Below the pieces are notes generated by a model. The model had not been told where the DNA came from, made no database searches, and saw only the letters and a program-made list of their open reading frames with translations. DNA of 53,235 nt, the filler included, from Sphacelaria rigidula (Eukaryota), in the NCBI GenBank assembly GCA_964200075.2. It is 3 parts of 3 records of this genome, joined end to end, with 100 filler letters (N's around TTAATTAATTAA, not from the genome) between each part and the next. Parts side by side here need not be neighbours in the genome. Positions count along the whole stretch, not along the records: positions 1 to 17,695 come from CAXNAA020001015.1; 2 more parts are not named here. The stretch is one strand, 5' to 3'. The position numbers and the translations under genes were made by a program. Below, piece after piece: positions 1-10,960 of this stretch. Numbering within the stretch: the stretch's first letter is position 1; every line of letters starts with the position of its first letter.

Positions 1-851
1 TTTTTTTGTTTTTTTTTTTCCCCCCCTCCCCTCCCACCGGCGCAACGCCCCGCCCCTTCCCCCCCTTTCCACCCCCCCCCCCCCCCCCCCCCCCCCTAAA
101 AAATCAGAGAAATTGACGGTTTCAGTCAGCGCTGTACGCTCGTAGCGTTGGTAAAATGCACTGGGAAAAATATATATTTATATGGATATATATTCGCGAC
201 TTGAGGAAATAAGACTGACAAAAAAAGTCACGAGGCACCATTGCTGGAACTGTGGGGAAAGGATAGTTTCGGGGTGAACCTCATTATACTGTCCAGCGTC
301 ATTTTAAAGAATTGCCTTTGGCTTATAGCTGCAAGCACACGACACTGTTACAGGCAGAAACAACACATTCGGAGCATTGGTCAAGTGAGAGCGAATGAAA
401 TTGCACGAAAAAAATGCTGGACACTCCCCCTGGCTACAAGTTGTTGGAGGATGTTGCAAGATAAACAAGGGTGACGGGTAAGTATTGCGCCAGTCAGGAA
501 GAGTTGGGAGACAATGGGAGTTAGAAGTCGAACAGTGGTGTCACGGTTCATTCGTTGCCGACTACTACGATGAATGTCCTAACGATCAGCTCTTGGCAGA
601 TTTCCACTGAAGCACACGACCATCGCACACGACTATCGCCAGAATGAGGATCGCAACTCGACGAAGCTGGTGGAACGTGGCGCTGAGATGTCAGGACCCC
701 ATGGTCCCACCACCTGCTTCGCACAAAGATAAAAGAAAAAAAATGGCCGATCAATTGTCATTCGAGGCCGCCGACAAAATACGCGAGAGCACGCCAACAT
801 ACCCCCGGGGTAATTTGAGCAACGGAATCGGTACAGGGAATAGAGTGTCAC

Positions 852-3800
852 CTACAATGTACCGTCTGCCCGAGGAGAAGAATCAGACACTCCTAGCTCC
901 AACTTCACGTTCGAATTCTCCTCTGCCTGTTCAACGTCCACATAACCAATGCCCAGGCGTTCACGTGCCATAGCCGGCGAACCACTCACCCGCCCCGAAC
1001 TCACACCACCACTGCCAATGACGCTACTACGACCACCTTCGTTGGTCCAATCTCTCGAACGAGGAGCCTGCTCTCGACCCTCCCTGCCCCTGTCGCAACC
1101 GGGTGTAGCAGAACGAACTACAAGCTCTACTTTCATCCAATCTTCTGCACTCGTCTCTGGAACAATTTGACCAGCCCTTGGAGCTGGGGATCTTGTTCGT
1201 ACAATCTGCCTGGGATCAGCGAACGCACTCCAGCGAGCACCAACAACGTCGTTCGCAACGGAATCCGAGCATCCTGCGCGCTTGCGTTTTGTTCCTCGTA
1301 CATCAGCAACGCTTCCTCCACCACCCTTTGTCGGGCTATGGACGTGAGTGCCCTCCCCAGTGTGAAGCCTCGCGGTGTCGGACACCGCAGCTGTTTTGTG
1401 TGCAGAGGTATGTTGTCGGAAGACCTCTGCCTCATCAACGGTGTGCCTCTTATCGACAGTGAACTTGAACCACCCCTCTTCACCGCACTTCTCGTTCCCC
1501 ACATTTACCATTCCCGGTCTTGCGTGCTTGGAGCAGAACTCCGAATTCATGCTTCCTGCCACACCATACGATGGCTTCGTGAAGCAGCCCTCGTGGCCGC
1601 ACTTCTCCCTCCCCAACCTTACCATTCCCGCCCTTGCATGCTTGGGGCAGAACTCCGCCTTCATGCTTCCCGCCGCACCAAACGAGGGATGCGCGGAAAA
1701 CGCCTCGTAGCCGCACTCCGTGTCCACCACATCCAACACTCTTGACCTGGCATACTTTGAGCAGAACTCCGCCCTTTTTATTCCCGCCACACCATATAAC
1801 GGCCTCGTTGAGGAGTCCTCGTAGCCGTACTTCTTGTTCATCACATTCACCGTACCCAACCTCGGATGCTCGGAGCAAACCTCCGCCTTCTCGCTTCCCG
1901 TCACACCATACGATGGCTGCGTGGAACAGCTCTCGTATCCCTGCTTCTTGTTTATCACACCAACCATACCCAACCTCGCATGCTTGAGGCAGAACTCCGC
2001 CTTCTTGCTTGCCGCCAAGCCATACGACGGCCTTCTGGAGCAGCCCTCGTAGCCGCACTCCTTGTTCATCACATCCACCATGCCCAACCTGGCATGCTTG
2101 AGGCAGAACTCCGCCTTCTTGCTTGCCGCCAAGCCATACGACGGAAGCGTGGAGCAGCCCTCGTGGCTGCACTTCTTGTTCACCACATTCACCGTTCCCG
2201 TCCTGGCGTGCTTGCAGCAGAACTCCGCCTTCTTGCTTCCCGCCACACCATACGACGGAAGCGTGGAGCAGCCCTCGTGGCCGCACATCTCGTGCACCAC
2301 ATCCTCCATTCCCGCCCTGGAATGCTTGGCGCAGAACTCCGCCTTCTTGCTTCCCGCTATACCATACGACGGCGTCGTGGAGCAGCCCTCGTAGCCGCAC
2401 TTCTTGTTCACCACATTCACCATGCCCGATCTGGCATGCTTGCAGCAGAACTCCGCCTTCTTGCTTCTCACTGTACCATACGAAGTCTTCATGGAGCAGC
2501 CCTCGTGGCTGCACCTCTTGTATACAACACCCACCATTCCCGCCCTGGAATGCTTGCGGCAGAACTCCGCCTTCTTGCTTCCCGCCACACCATACGACGG
2601 AAGCGTGGAGCAGCCCTCGTAGCCGCACTTCTTGTTCACCACATCCACCATGCCCGACGTGGCATGCTTGGCGCAGAACTCCGCCTTCTTGCTTCCCGCC
2701 ACACCATACGACGGCCTTGTCGAGCAGCCCTCGTGGTCGCACTTCTTGCCCACAACATTCACCATTTCCGACGTGGCATGCTTGGCGCAGAACTCCGCCT
2801 TCTTGCTTCCCGCTATACCATACGACGGCGTCGTGGAGCAGCCCTCGTAGCCGCACTTCTTGTACACCACATTCACCATACCCGATCTGGCATGCTTGCA
2901 GCAGAACTCCGCCTTCTTGCCTCCCGCCACACCATACGACGTCTTCATGGAGCAGCCCTCGTGGCCGCACTTCTTGTGCACAACACCCACCATTCCCGGC
3001 CTGGCATGCTTGCAGCAGAACTCCGCCTTCTGGCTTCCCGCCACACCATACGACGGCCTTATCGAGCAGCCCTCGTGGCCGCACTTCTTGTTCACCACAT
3101 TCACCATTTCCGACGTGGTATGCTTGGCGCAGAACTCCGCCTTCTTGCTTCCCGCTATACCATACGACGGCGTCGTGGAGCAGCCCTCGTGGTCGCACTT
3201 CTTGTACACCACATTCACCATTTCCGACGTGGCATGCTTGGCGCAGAATTCCGCCTTCTTGCCTCCCGCGACACCATACAACGGTATCGTGGAGCAGCCC
3301 TCGTAGTTGCACTTCTTGTTCACCACACCCACCATGCCCGACCTGGCATGCTTGCAGCAGAACTCCGCCTTCTTGCCTCCCGCTACACCATACGACGGCC
3401 TTGTGGAGCAGCCCTCGTAGCCGCACTTCTTGTGCACCACATTCACCATTCCCGATCCGGCATGCTTGAGGCAGAACTCCGCCTTCTTGCTTCCCGCTAC
3501 ACCATACAACGGCTTCGTAGAGCAGCCCTCGTGGTCGCACTTCTTGTTCACCACATTCACCATGCCCGACCTGGCATGCTTGCAGCAGAACTCCGCCTTC
3601 TTGCTTCCCGCTACACCATACGACGGCGTCGTGGAGCAGCCCTCGTAGCCACACTTCTTGCTCAAAACCTTCACCATTCCCGACGTGGCATGCTTGCAGC
3701 AGAACTCTGCGTTCTTACTTCCCGCCACACCATACAGCGGCTTCGTGGAGCAGCCCTCGTGGCCGCACTTCTTGTTCACCACATCCACCATTCCGGCCCT

Positions 3801-4301
3801 GGTATGCTTGCAGCAGAACTTCGCCCCGTTGCTTCCCGCCATACCATACGACGTTCTTGTGGAGCAGCGGTTGTAGCCGCACTTGTTGTGCACCACATCC
3901 ACCATTCCCGCCCTCGCATGCTTGAGGCAGAACTCCACCTTCTTGCTTTCTGCCACACCATACAATGGTCTTGTGGAGCAGCCCTCGTAGCCGCACTTCT
4001 CGTTCACCACATCCACCATTCTTACCCCAGCGTGCTTAGAGCAGAACTCCGCCTCGTGGCCCTGTACACTGTGAGATGGCTTAGAGCAGCCTTGGGTGAT
4101 GCACACTTTCTGGCTACGTCGACCACCGGGTTCTTCTTGTTGTGCTCTCTTGAAAACTAACTGCTCCGGAAGCACAAATACCCAGACGGCAGAACATACC
4201 TCGTGAGCCATGGGGTGAGAGTGAGTTGAAATGGTTTGCATGACAAGTGGCGTTGCTTTTACGGCACATACTCCGGGGATAATGTAGCCGCCTGCAGTCA
4301 A
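852..4301 (-). CDS. EsV-1-7 cysteine-rich repeat protein (~23 tandem 38-aa C-x4-C-x14-C-x2-H repeats plus low-complexity C-terminal tail)
   Basis: 1149-aa ORF with repeats of consensus KKCGYEGCSTxPSYGVAGSKKAEFCxKHAxxGMVxVVN. This matches the EsV-1-7 motif known from Ectocarpus virus 1 and expanded in brown algae. The stop is at 852. The true start is uncertain: a pyrimidine-rich CAG near 4161 may be a splice acceptor, so the first ~47 ORF codons may be intronic. Confidence 0.9.
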   Translation of the reverse strand: MTAGGYIIPGVCAVKATPLVMQTISTHSHPMAHEVCSAVWVFVLPEQLVFKRAQQEEPGGRRSQKVCITQGCSKPSHSVQGHEAEFCSKHAGVRMVDVVNEKCGYEGCSTRPLYGVAESKKVEFCLKHARAGMVDVVHNKCGYNRCSTRTSYGMAGSNGAKFCCKHTRAGMVDVVNKKCGHEGCSTKPLYGVAGSKNAEFCCKHATSGMVKVLSKKCGYEGCSTTPSYGVAGSKKAEFCCKHARSGMVNVVNKKCDHEGCSTKPLYGVAGSKKAEFCLKHAGSGMVNVVHKKCGYEGCSTRPSYGVAGGKKAEFCCKHARSGMVGVVNKKCNYEGCSTIPLYGVAGGKKAEFCAKHATSEMVNVVYKKCDHEGCSTTPSYGIAGSKKAEFCAKHTTSEMVNVVNKKCGHEGCSIRPSYGVAGSQKAEFCCKHARPGMVGVVHKKCGHEGCSMKTSYGVAGGKKAEFCCKHARSGMVNVVYKKCGYEGCSTTPSYGIAGSKKAEFCAKHATSEMVNVVGKKCDHEGCSTRPSYGVAGSKKAEFCAKHATSGMVDVVNKKCGYEGCSTLPSYGVAGSKKAEFCRKHSRAGMVGVVYKRCSHEGCSMKTSYGTVRSKKAEFCCKHARSGMVNVVNKKCGYEGCSTTPSYGIAGSKKAEFCAKHSRAGMEDVVHEMCGHEGCSTLPSYGVAGSKKAEFCCKHARTGTVNVVNKKCSHEGCSTLPSYGLAASKKAEFCLKHARLGMVDVMNKECGYEGCSRRPSYGLAASKKAEFCLKHARLGMVGVINKKQGYESCSTQPSYGVTGSEKAEVCSEHPRLGTVNVMNKKYGYEDSSTRPLYGVAGIKRAEFCSKYARSRVLDVVDTECGYEAFSAHPSFGAAGSMKAEFCPKHARAGMVRLGREKCGHEGCFTKPSYGVAGSMNSEFCSKHARPGMVNVGNEKCGEEGWFKFTVDKRHTVDEAEVFRQHTSAHKTAAVSDTARLHTGEGTHVHSPTKGGGGSVADVRGTKRKRAGCSDSVANDVVGARWSAFADPRQIVRTRSPAPRAGQIVPETSAEDWMKVELVVRSATPGCDRGREGREQAPRSRDWTNEGGRSSVIGSGGVSSGRVSGSPAMARERLGIGYVDVEQAEENSNVKLELGVSDSSPRADGTL
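1490..4105 (-). repeat. 114-bp coding tandem repeat (EsV-1-7 array)
   Basis: The motif gcagaactccgccttcttgcttcccgc recurs every 114 bp. Central units are near identical; the first unit and the last four are degenerate. Confidence 0.95.
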
Positions 4302-4575
4302 CGCGAACGACGCTCCACGTCATCTGACCCCCACAATCACGAAGATACTCGCAAAAAGACTCAAGGGAATGGAACGATCTCTACACAATTGCGGAACGGA
4401 TCGAAAGGTGGTGGAGTTCTAGTATAAAACAAAATCAGGATGGTCATTGTCATTGCACGAACAGGTGAAACACGACGCCAAGGCTGAAGCATGCTCAGCC
4501 GTATCGAAGGTATTCGACATTGACGTTTTTCAGAATACAAATCTCATGGCTTGTGCGTCAGACAGGACGAGCCAG

Positions 4576-5726
4576 CGACGGGCTGGGCCGCCAACGGTGC
4601 GAACAGGAACGTCAACACGCGAGTCGTGCGCTTGATTTTGAGTGGTTTTCGAAAATATTTCAACGTGATGTACAGGACGTATGTGCGAAGACTCAACCTT
4701 TCCCCCCCAGCTTTCTTCGTTTTTCTTCGCGGGTTATTGATTATTTGTTTGCGAAAAAAACTGTTCTGAAATAGTTCGTCGCCATTAATTCACCAAGAAA
4801 AAAAATGGGGGAGAACATGGATCTTTGCACATGCGTCCTGTACATCGTGTCAAAATTTGACCGAAAACGATTCAAAACTGGGCCCACGATTTGCGCCATT
4901 CTATCGTGAACCGGTTCTTACAGTGTATGGAAATGGACCAACCACGAATAATTCAAACGCACGTAGGCTGTTCAATTTCAAGTTGTTTTCGATGAAATTT
5001 TGACATGATGACAGGACTTATGTGCGGAAACTCCTCTTATCCCCCGTGTTGTGAGTCATTGGCAGGTTTGTTCTGAAGAACTGTTCTGAAATGTTCCATC
5101 GCCAATAACTCACCAAAAATGAAACAAAAACACAGGGCAGGAATGACGGGGTGTTTGCACATACGTCCTGTACATCATGTCAGAATTTCATCGAAAACGA
5201 CTTAAAAATGAGCTCGGGCATTGCTTCATTCTCTCGAAATCCAGGTCCTATGGGGAGATGGAACCTCAGCAGGAAGTTCGCCTTCGCCTTGTCCTTTACT
5301 TTCGGCTCGGAGGTCTTCACAAACTGCTCGTTGGTTCGCACACTACTGCCAGACGCCTTGGCACGCTGCGGGCCTCGTCTGCGTGCCATCTTGGATATTG
5401 CGCGCCTAGTGCGACAGGTGTTATTGTACAATCGCAGCTTGTGCGGCACCACGCGGCACAACCGGCTGTACCCGAAAATTCAAGTTCAGCCGGATTTTTT
5501 TCCTAATTCCGCCGCACATGGTACCCTCAACTCCTTACACTTTCGCACGTGCCTACAGTTTGGTATTTCGTTTGACGAGGCCTTGTCGGATCGCAGTGCT
5601 ATATGGATTTGAAGACGCGCGCTGATTTTCCGAATACCACGTTGTGTCATAGTAGGCACAACTCGCGCTACATGGTCACTTCGAACGGGCTGAAGGCAAG
5701 CGAGCTCCCTAGGTGGCCCTGCCTGT
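4576..5726 (-). mobile_element. Non-autonomous TIR DNA transposon, family A (ends CAGGCTGGGCCGC, flanked by TA)
   Basis: Ends are cgacgggctgggccgc (4576) and ggtggccctgcctg|ta (5726). It carries many subterminal gatgtacaggacgtatgtgc motifs in both orientations. Homologous over its whole length to 14660-15818 in inverted orientation. Confidence 0.8.
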
Positions 5727-6704
5727 AGAAATCGTTGTGCAAAGCGGAACGCCAGACAACATCACCAGAACACTCAGCGATCGCTATGCAGCATCATAGA
5801 CGCAATACACGTGTATAAGCATAGAAGGGGCGCGTGTGGTGGGGGGTGGGCAACTGTTGTGTTCAACACCGCCTGCAAAAATGCACGGGTCGTACATGGC
5901 TTGGGAGAACGGTCACGGCGACTTCGAACTCTTGGACAGGACGACCCGGAAGCGGACGTGTACCTAATATACCGCAGATGTCACTGCCGTCGCTCTGTAG
6001 GCCGCTACATAGTATCAGCTACTCATCTGTTATGCGAACTCGGTGAGATCAATGATGATACAGAACGGTGTTGGTATAGAAATCGACATCCCAGTCACAC
6101 CGGCGAAGATGTGCTGAAAGATTTTCAATGCAATCAGCTGTTGCAAGACCTAAAATCGCTCAGCGAAAACCTACACGGTTAGGACAAATCAAGATTTATA
6201 CGAGTTGACTCCTCACGACATGACAAGAGACAACCTGTATTCACGTGTTGGTCCCGCATACACCCGACGGTGAATAACGTATGCAGTACAGTAATTTCAA
6301 CCGCATGCAGATTGGGAGAAAAGTACGACCGATGCAAGGCTCATGTCATGACAGGATTCAACGATCTGCCGACTCTTTGTCCCGCACGGATACATACGCA
6401 TGACAGAGATTAGATGTCATTCACGCCTCATGGTAAGTGTGGGTGGCATGTACAATCGATCCATTCCGCATTCTTCTACAGGGGGTCAACATATGTCCAT
6501 GATCTCCCCTCTATGACGTGGAGGTAGGAAACGGGTACCGTTAACGGTGCACTGCACGACACAAGAGCTCAAAACCTGTATGAATCGCAAATAAATGATG
6601 TACGACTCGTATGATTTATTCGTTGAAATGATGGCAATGATTTGAATCACGATTTTATTTGTCGTGACCGTGAAACCCTACCCAGGTGATTTAGTGCTAT
6701 CAGC

Positions 6705-8037
6705 CAGGGTTGCACATCGGATATCGATAATCGATACGATTTCGATAAATATCGGCGATATGCCGTATCGGTATCGGAGCGCAGAAACCCGATATATGTG
6801 ATATGTATCAGTATCGAATATCAACATCGAATATCGATAGACTCGACATTTCTGTTTAGTTTTCGTCGCATTAGCTCAACTTCTCGAAACCTTCGTCACG
6901 GGTTTCGCAGGGGGGGTAGTATTTCCCGAACGGCAGATCCCCAATTGATTTGCAACCCCGCCCCCCCCATCCCTTACTCCACAAGGTTTCCTTCACATAC
7001 CACACACCGCTGGTGCCTCGTGGGTTCAAGGTTCAGTTATATGAGTTAGCGGGGGTGTTTACCAACGGCAACATAAGGGTGGCGTGGCGGAGTAGAGATG
7101 AGGTCACGATCAATGCAAAGCTACAGATGACAGTAAAAAACAGCTGTCCCTCGGAGTATGAGGAGATGGTACCGTCACTTCGACTTTCGAGAATTGGATT
7201 TATTTCCCCCTCCATTCACTAGTCTGGACATTCTAATTGTTGCAAGCTTAGTGGGTTTTATATCTTGGTTGGTGACATACGAATGTATCTTTTTGGAATC
7301 CAAAAATGAAAACTTGACGTTTTCTGCCGACGTTTCCTGTTATTGGTTGTGAAGAAAGTTGAAAAATGAGAGCTTGCATTTGAGTTTGTGCATGTTCGAG
7401 GTTTGACACCTTTTCTTCTTCTGATGAGTGTGTAGAGTCGAGGTATGCGCTCATTCGATCGAAACACACAGAATAGTGATCGTAGAAACGAAAGCAGAAT
7501 AATCCATACCCGGCCCGCTGTTATCAACTACCTCTTGCCCGACGACGAAAGATATTCGCAAGACAACTGTATCATTGCATGTGGCCGCTGCTATGATGTC
7601 AATTTGCACACAACCCGCTGCTATACATTCTGTGTCCACTGCTGTCCTCTGGAAACTACCGTAAATTGCTTGAGATACCGCACCCTCAGGAGCGATTTTC
7701 AAAGCTCGATTGCTTTCTCGACTAGATGGTTGCAACGCCGCCCAGTTCAGCCCCGGCATCGCTTCTGGTAAGGAGTGAGTGAGCTTTGAAAATCTGTCTA
7801 GGGGAAGTGGTATCTTGAGCGACCTACAATAGTGAGTGAGGGTGTAAGTGTGCCAGTGTACTGCTCGGGCTTGTACACTGCGGCCATACCAAAACAGCCG
7901 TATCGTATCGAATATCGATACTCGATAGGTATCGTGTCATTTTATGAATATCGACAAAAATATCGGTATCGGCGGTTGTGGTTCGATATTCCAAGAAAAT
8001 ATATCGAACTTTATCATCGGTCCGGCATGCAATCCTG
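6705..8037. mobile_element. Non-autonomous hAT-type element
   Basis: TIRs CAGGGTTGCA (6705) and TGCAATCCTG (to 8037). Exact 8-bp target duplication CTATCAGC at 6697-6704 and 8038-8045. Dense ATCG/CGAT subterminal repeats at both ends. Confidence 0.9.
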
Positions 8038-9524
8038 CTATCAGCATCACTCTGCGGCCTCTGTGAAATATTCAGCATGGTTAAACTTGTGCAACGACTG
8101 CGCCCGGTCCTTGCAAAACTTGCCGGTGTGGTGGAGACCAGAATTGAAACAAAAACTATACAGTGAGGCTGAATCAAGAGTAGTACAGCGACGAGATCTG
8201 CCATCATCGTTTCGATGCACACCCCGTCTACATGGCACCATATGCGACGACAACGCCGAAACCCACGGCAGAAACACGGTTATTTATCGGTACGGGCAGG
8301 CAAAGGTTCAGCAAGTGCGCGCATGCGTGCCAAGGCATCTGTGGGTGCATGGACAAAGTAACTCTGAGGTTCACTATCGGAACACGGTCGGTGCGTCGGC
8401 TGTGTGATGCCCATTAAAGCTTCATCCGCTGCGCTGTGGCGTGGACAGGGAGAATTTGGTGCCCGCAACTCCATGTTTCGAAGCGTTTGTACTGAACATG
8501 ATTCTTGACTGTATAATATCGGTTTTACAAGGGCTTGCGTACATAAAGGCACACAACGTTCATCGTCGGGATGATACGAATCTGCCGCTGAGCTGTGCTA
8601 TGTCGTGGCTATCGGTGTTGTTCATAAGCTGCATTGGTGATCCTAGACATCGTTGATACATACACTGTGCTTGATGGGGTACTATGTGACCTAGGCGCGT
8701 GTATGCTGTGCTGGCCATGAACTGAAATATAACGGAAATGCACAAACTGACTGTATACTGTTGAGTACACAACATGTTGCTACGAGCTGGGCCGGCCTAG
8801 ACGCGAATTTGTGGCTTGCAGACTCTGTGTCACCTCAATTTTGCGAGTTTGACTTTGAAATCTGGTACGGAGGAAGAATAGGGTATGCTAAAAAGCTGTC
8901 GATCGGAAGGTGCAGATGTTTCTTTTCTCCGTGAGTTAAGGGCAATCATAAGTACCTCGATACAAAAAAAAAACGTAATCTCACGAAAAAAACAATCTGG
9001 ACGTCCGGATCGAACGCTTTCCAGCATGCCCCCTATTCTTCCTCTATACCAAATTTCAAAGTCTAACTCGCAAATTGAGGTGAGACGGGGCGATTTGGAA
9101 ACCGGGCCGGGCAAAATTGGGAACAATATTTTCAGGCCATTTACCGGCTCGGGTTTGGTACTTGTGTTTTGAATCTTTGTGTGGGATCACGCTAGGCCAT
9201 AGCCAAGCAAAACAAGTGGGAAGGGTTGATATATGTAACGTGTATCATTTCACCTTTTCACGATTTTTGCCGAGTTTTTTCTGGCAGAAGGGCGTTTTAT
9301 CCCGCGGCTTCTTTTGCAGCGCACGGAGAAGACGCAGCGGTACATTACCGTTCAGATTTGGGCACCATCTAATACCTGCGGCGCGTGTTCTGGCCATCGA
9401 GAGTCGGCCAAACTGGCTCTTTTTCGCGGGGTGTCGATCCCGAACCACAAAAGCTTCTTCGAGATGATCGAAAACTCCATACAGGAACCCGAATCACAAA
9501 AGCCTGTTTAGGGCGGGTGACTTT

Positions 9525-10360
9525 TTCACCGTGGTTTTCTTCGCATTCTCGTTGTTTTGGGAGCACGACGACGGTGGTTATGCAGCGAATGTGACAAGAA
9601 CATGAGAGCAAAGCAGTTGAAAACGATTGAACATGGCCTTGGCCTCAGTCAGCAGCAAAAAAGAGTCGAATGATCTGAGATCCCCCATTATGAAGTTTTG
9701 ACGTGAAGCCTCCAACACCGTTATATCTGCGTAATGTGGGTCCCAGTTATGCGAACCCAACAGTCCACAAAAGTATGTTAAAGACCATTGATGAGAATAA
9801 GTTGAAACAGGATAACCTTTGGCGGAGTATTTTTTTCCCCGTGTTCTTTCTGGGTCGCGTTCTCGTTTTTTTGGGAGGAGGAAGACACCGATTACGCGTC
9901 CAATATCACGAGAACATGAGAGCAAAACAGTTTAAAACAATTAAACATTGCCTTCGCGTTAGTCAGCAGCAAACACAAGTCGCATGATCTGAGATCTTTT
10001 ACTCTTTAGCTCTGACGTGAAGCCTTCAACACCATCATAAGTGATTGGTAGCATGGGTCCCGGTAACCCAACAGTCCTTATCGTTTTACCTAGAACAAGA
10101 CCCACGAGTCCCGTCCATAGGGAAATTATAGCCCCGACGAAAGTTCCCCGTGTGTCGGCTAGATTGCTGTAGGAGATTTTGTGAACCTGTCGGTGTACCT
10201 CGGGAGCCACGGAGCCATGTTTACGCTCCAAGCTCAAAGCCAACGCACACGATGCTATCGATCGGGTGTCGGCTAGCTGCTCCATGAGATTCGTTGAACT
10301 GTCTGTGTACCTTGGGAGCCACAGAGCTATGTTTACCCCTAAGCTCAAAGCCAATGCACA
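9525..10360. repeat. Internal degenerate tandem duplications
   Basis: ~9525-9767 resembles ~9835-10077 (gaacatgagagcaaa...cccaacagtcc). 10151-10247 resembles 10265-10360 (gtgtcggctag...aagctcaaagccaa). Confidence 0.75.
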
Positions 10361-10409
10361 TGTACCATAAAGCTCACAGAATGTGTGTTTGACTGTACAC
10401 TACACCACA

Positions 10410-10960
10410 AACTGTAAATAGGTGACTTAGTCATAGTCCTGCATGCAGAGCTAAACCATCTGTAGATTGATCAGCAATATGAACTGCTACAGATTCATCG
10501 AATGCTTTCATGTGGACACTGTATGTGCGAAGCACTGGGATGTTCACTGTCAGCTCTCGTGAGCATTGTCCTGTCCTCAACGCGCCGTCATAGCTTAGTC
10601 GACAGAGTATGCCGCTGTATCAGAGAGTACACGGGTGGCCACTGGGGTGCCTGCAGTCTCAAATTTGGACGTTACAGACGTTGCGCAAGGTCTGTAACGT
10701 CCAAATTTGAGGTTACAGGCACCCCAATAGCCACCCGTCTAACTGTAAACAGGTGACTTAGTCATAGTCCTGCATGCAGAGCTCCACCATCTGTAGATGG
10801 ACCAGCAGTATGAACTGCTATAGATTCAACGAATGCTTTCCATGTGGCCAAATGTATGTGCGAAGCACTGGGATGTTCACTGTCAGCTCTCGTGAGCATT
10901 GTCCTGTCCTCAACGCGCCGTCATAGCTTAGTCGACAGAGCACTCTGCTGTATCAGAGAG
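10410..10960. repeat. ~220-bp direct repeat pair enclosing a 108-bp palindrome
   Basis: aactgtaaa...tatcagagag occurs at 10410-10627 and 10741-10960. The segment 10631-10738 is self-complementary with about 5 mismatches per 54-bp arm. Confidence 0.9.

Noticed and set aside
1-100. Poly-C/poly-G tracts at contig ends (also 35376-35466)
   Set aside because: These are low-complexity, error-prone contig termini with no supportable function.
1480-4160. Long alternative-frame ORFs (724 aa minus; 764 aa and 448 aa plus) overlapping the EsV-1-7 gene
   Set aside because: They are a by-product of a stop-poor 114-bp unit repeated in frame; only the Cys/His frame matches a known motif.
5151-5612. Paired similar ORFs at 5151-5612 and 14810-15208
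   Set aside because: They lie inside family A repeats, frames are not conserved among copies, and no transposase motif is present.
10413-10955. TRIM/LTR retroelement
   Set aside because: Homology extends beyond the TG...CA limits, and no TSD, primer-binding site or polypurine tract was found. Kept only as a structural curiosity.
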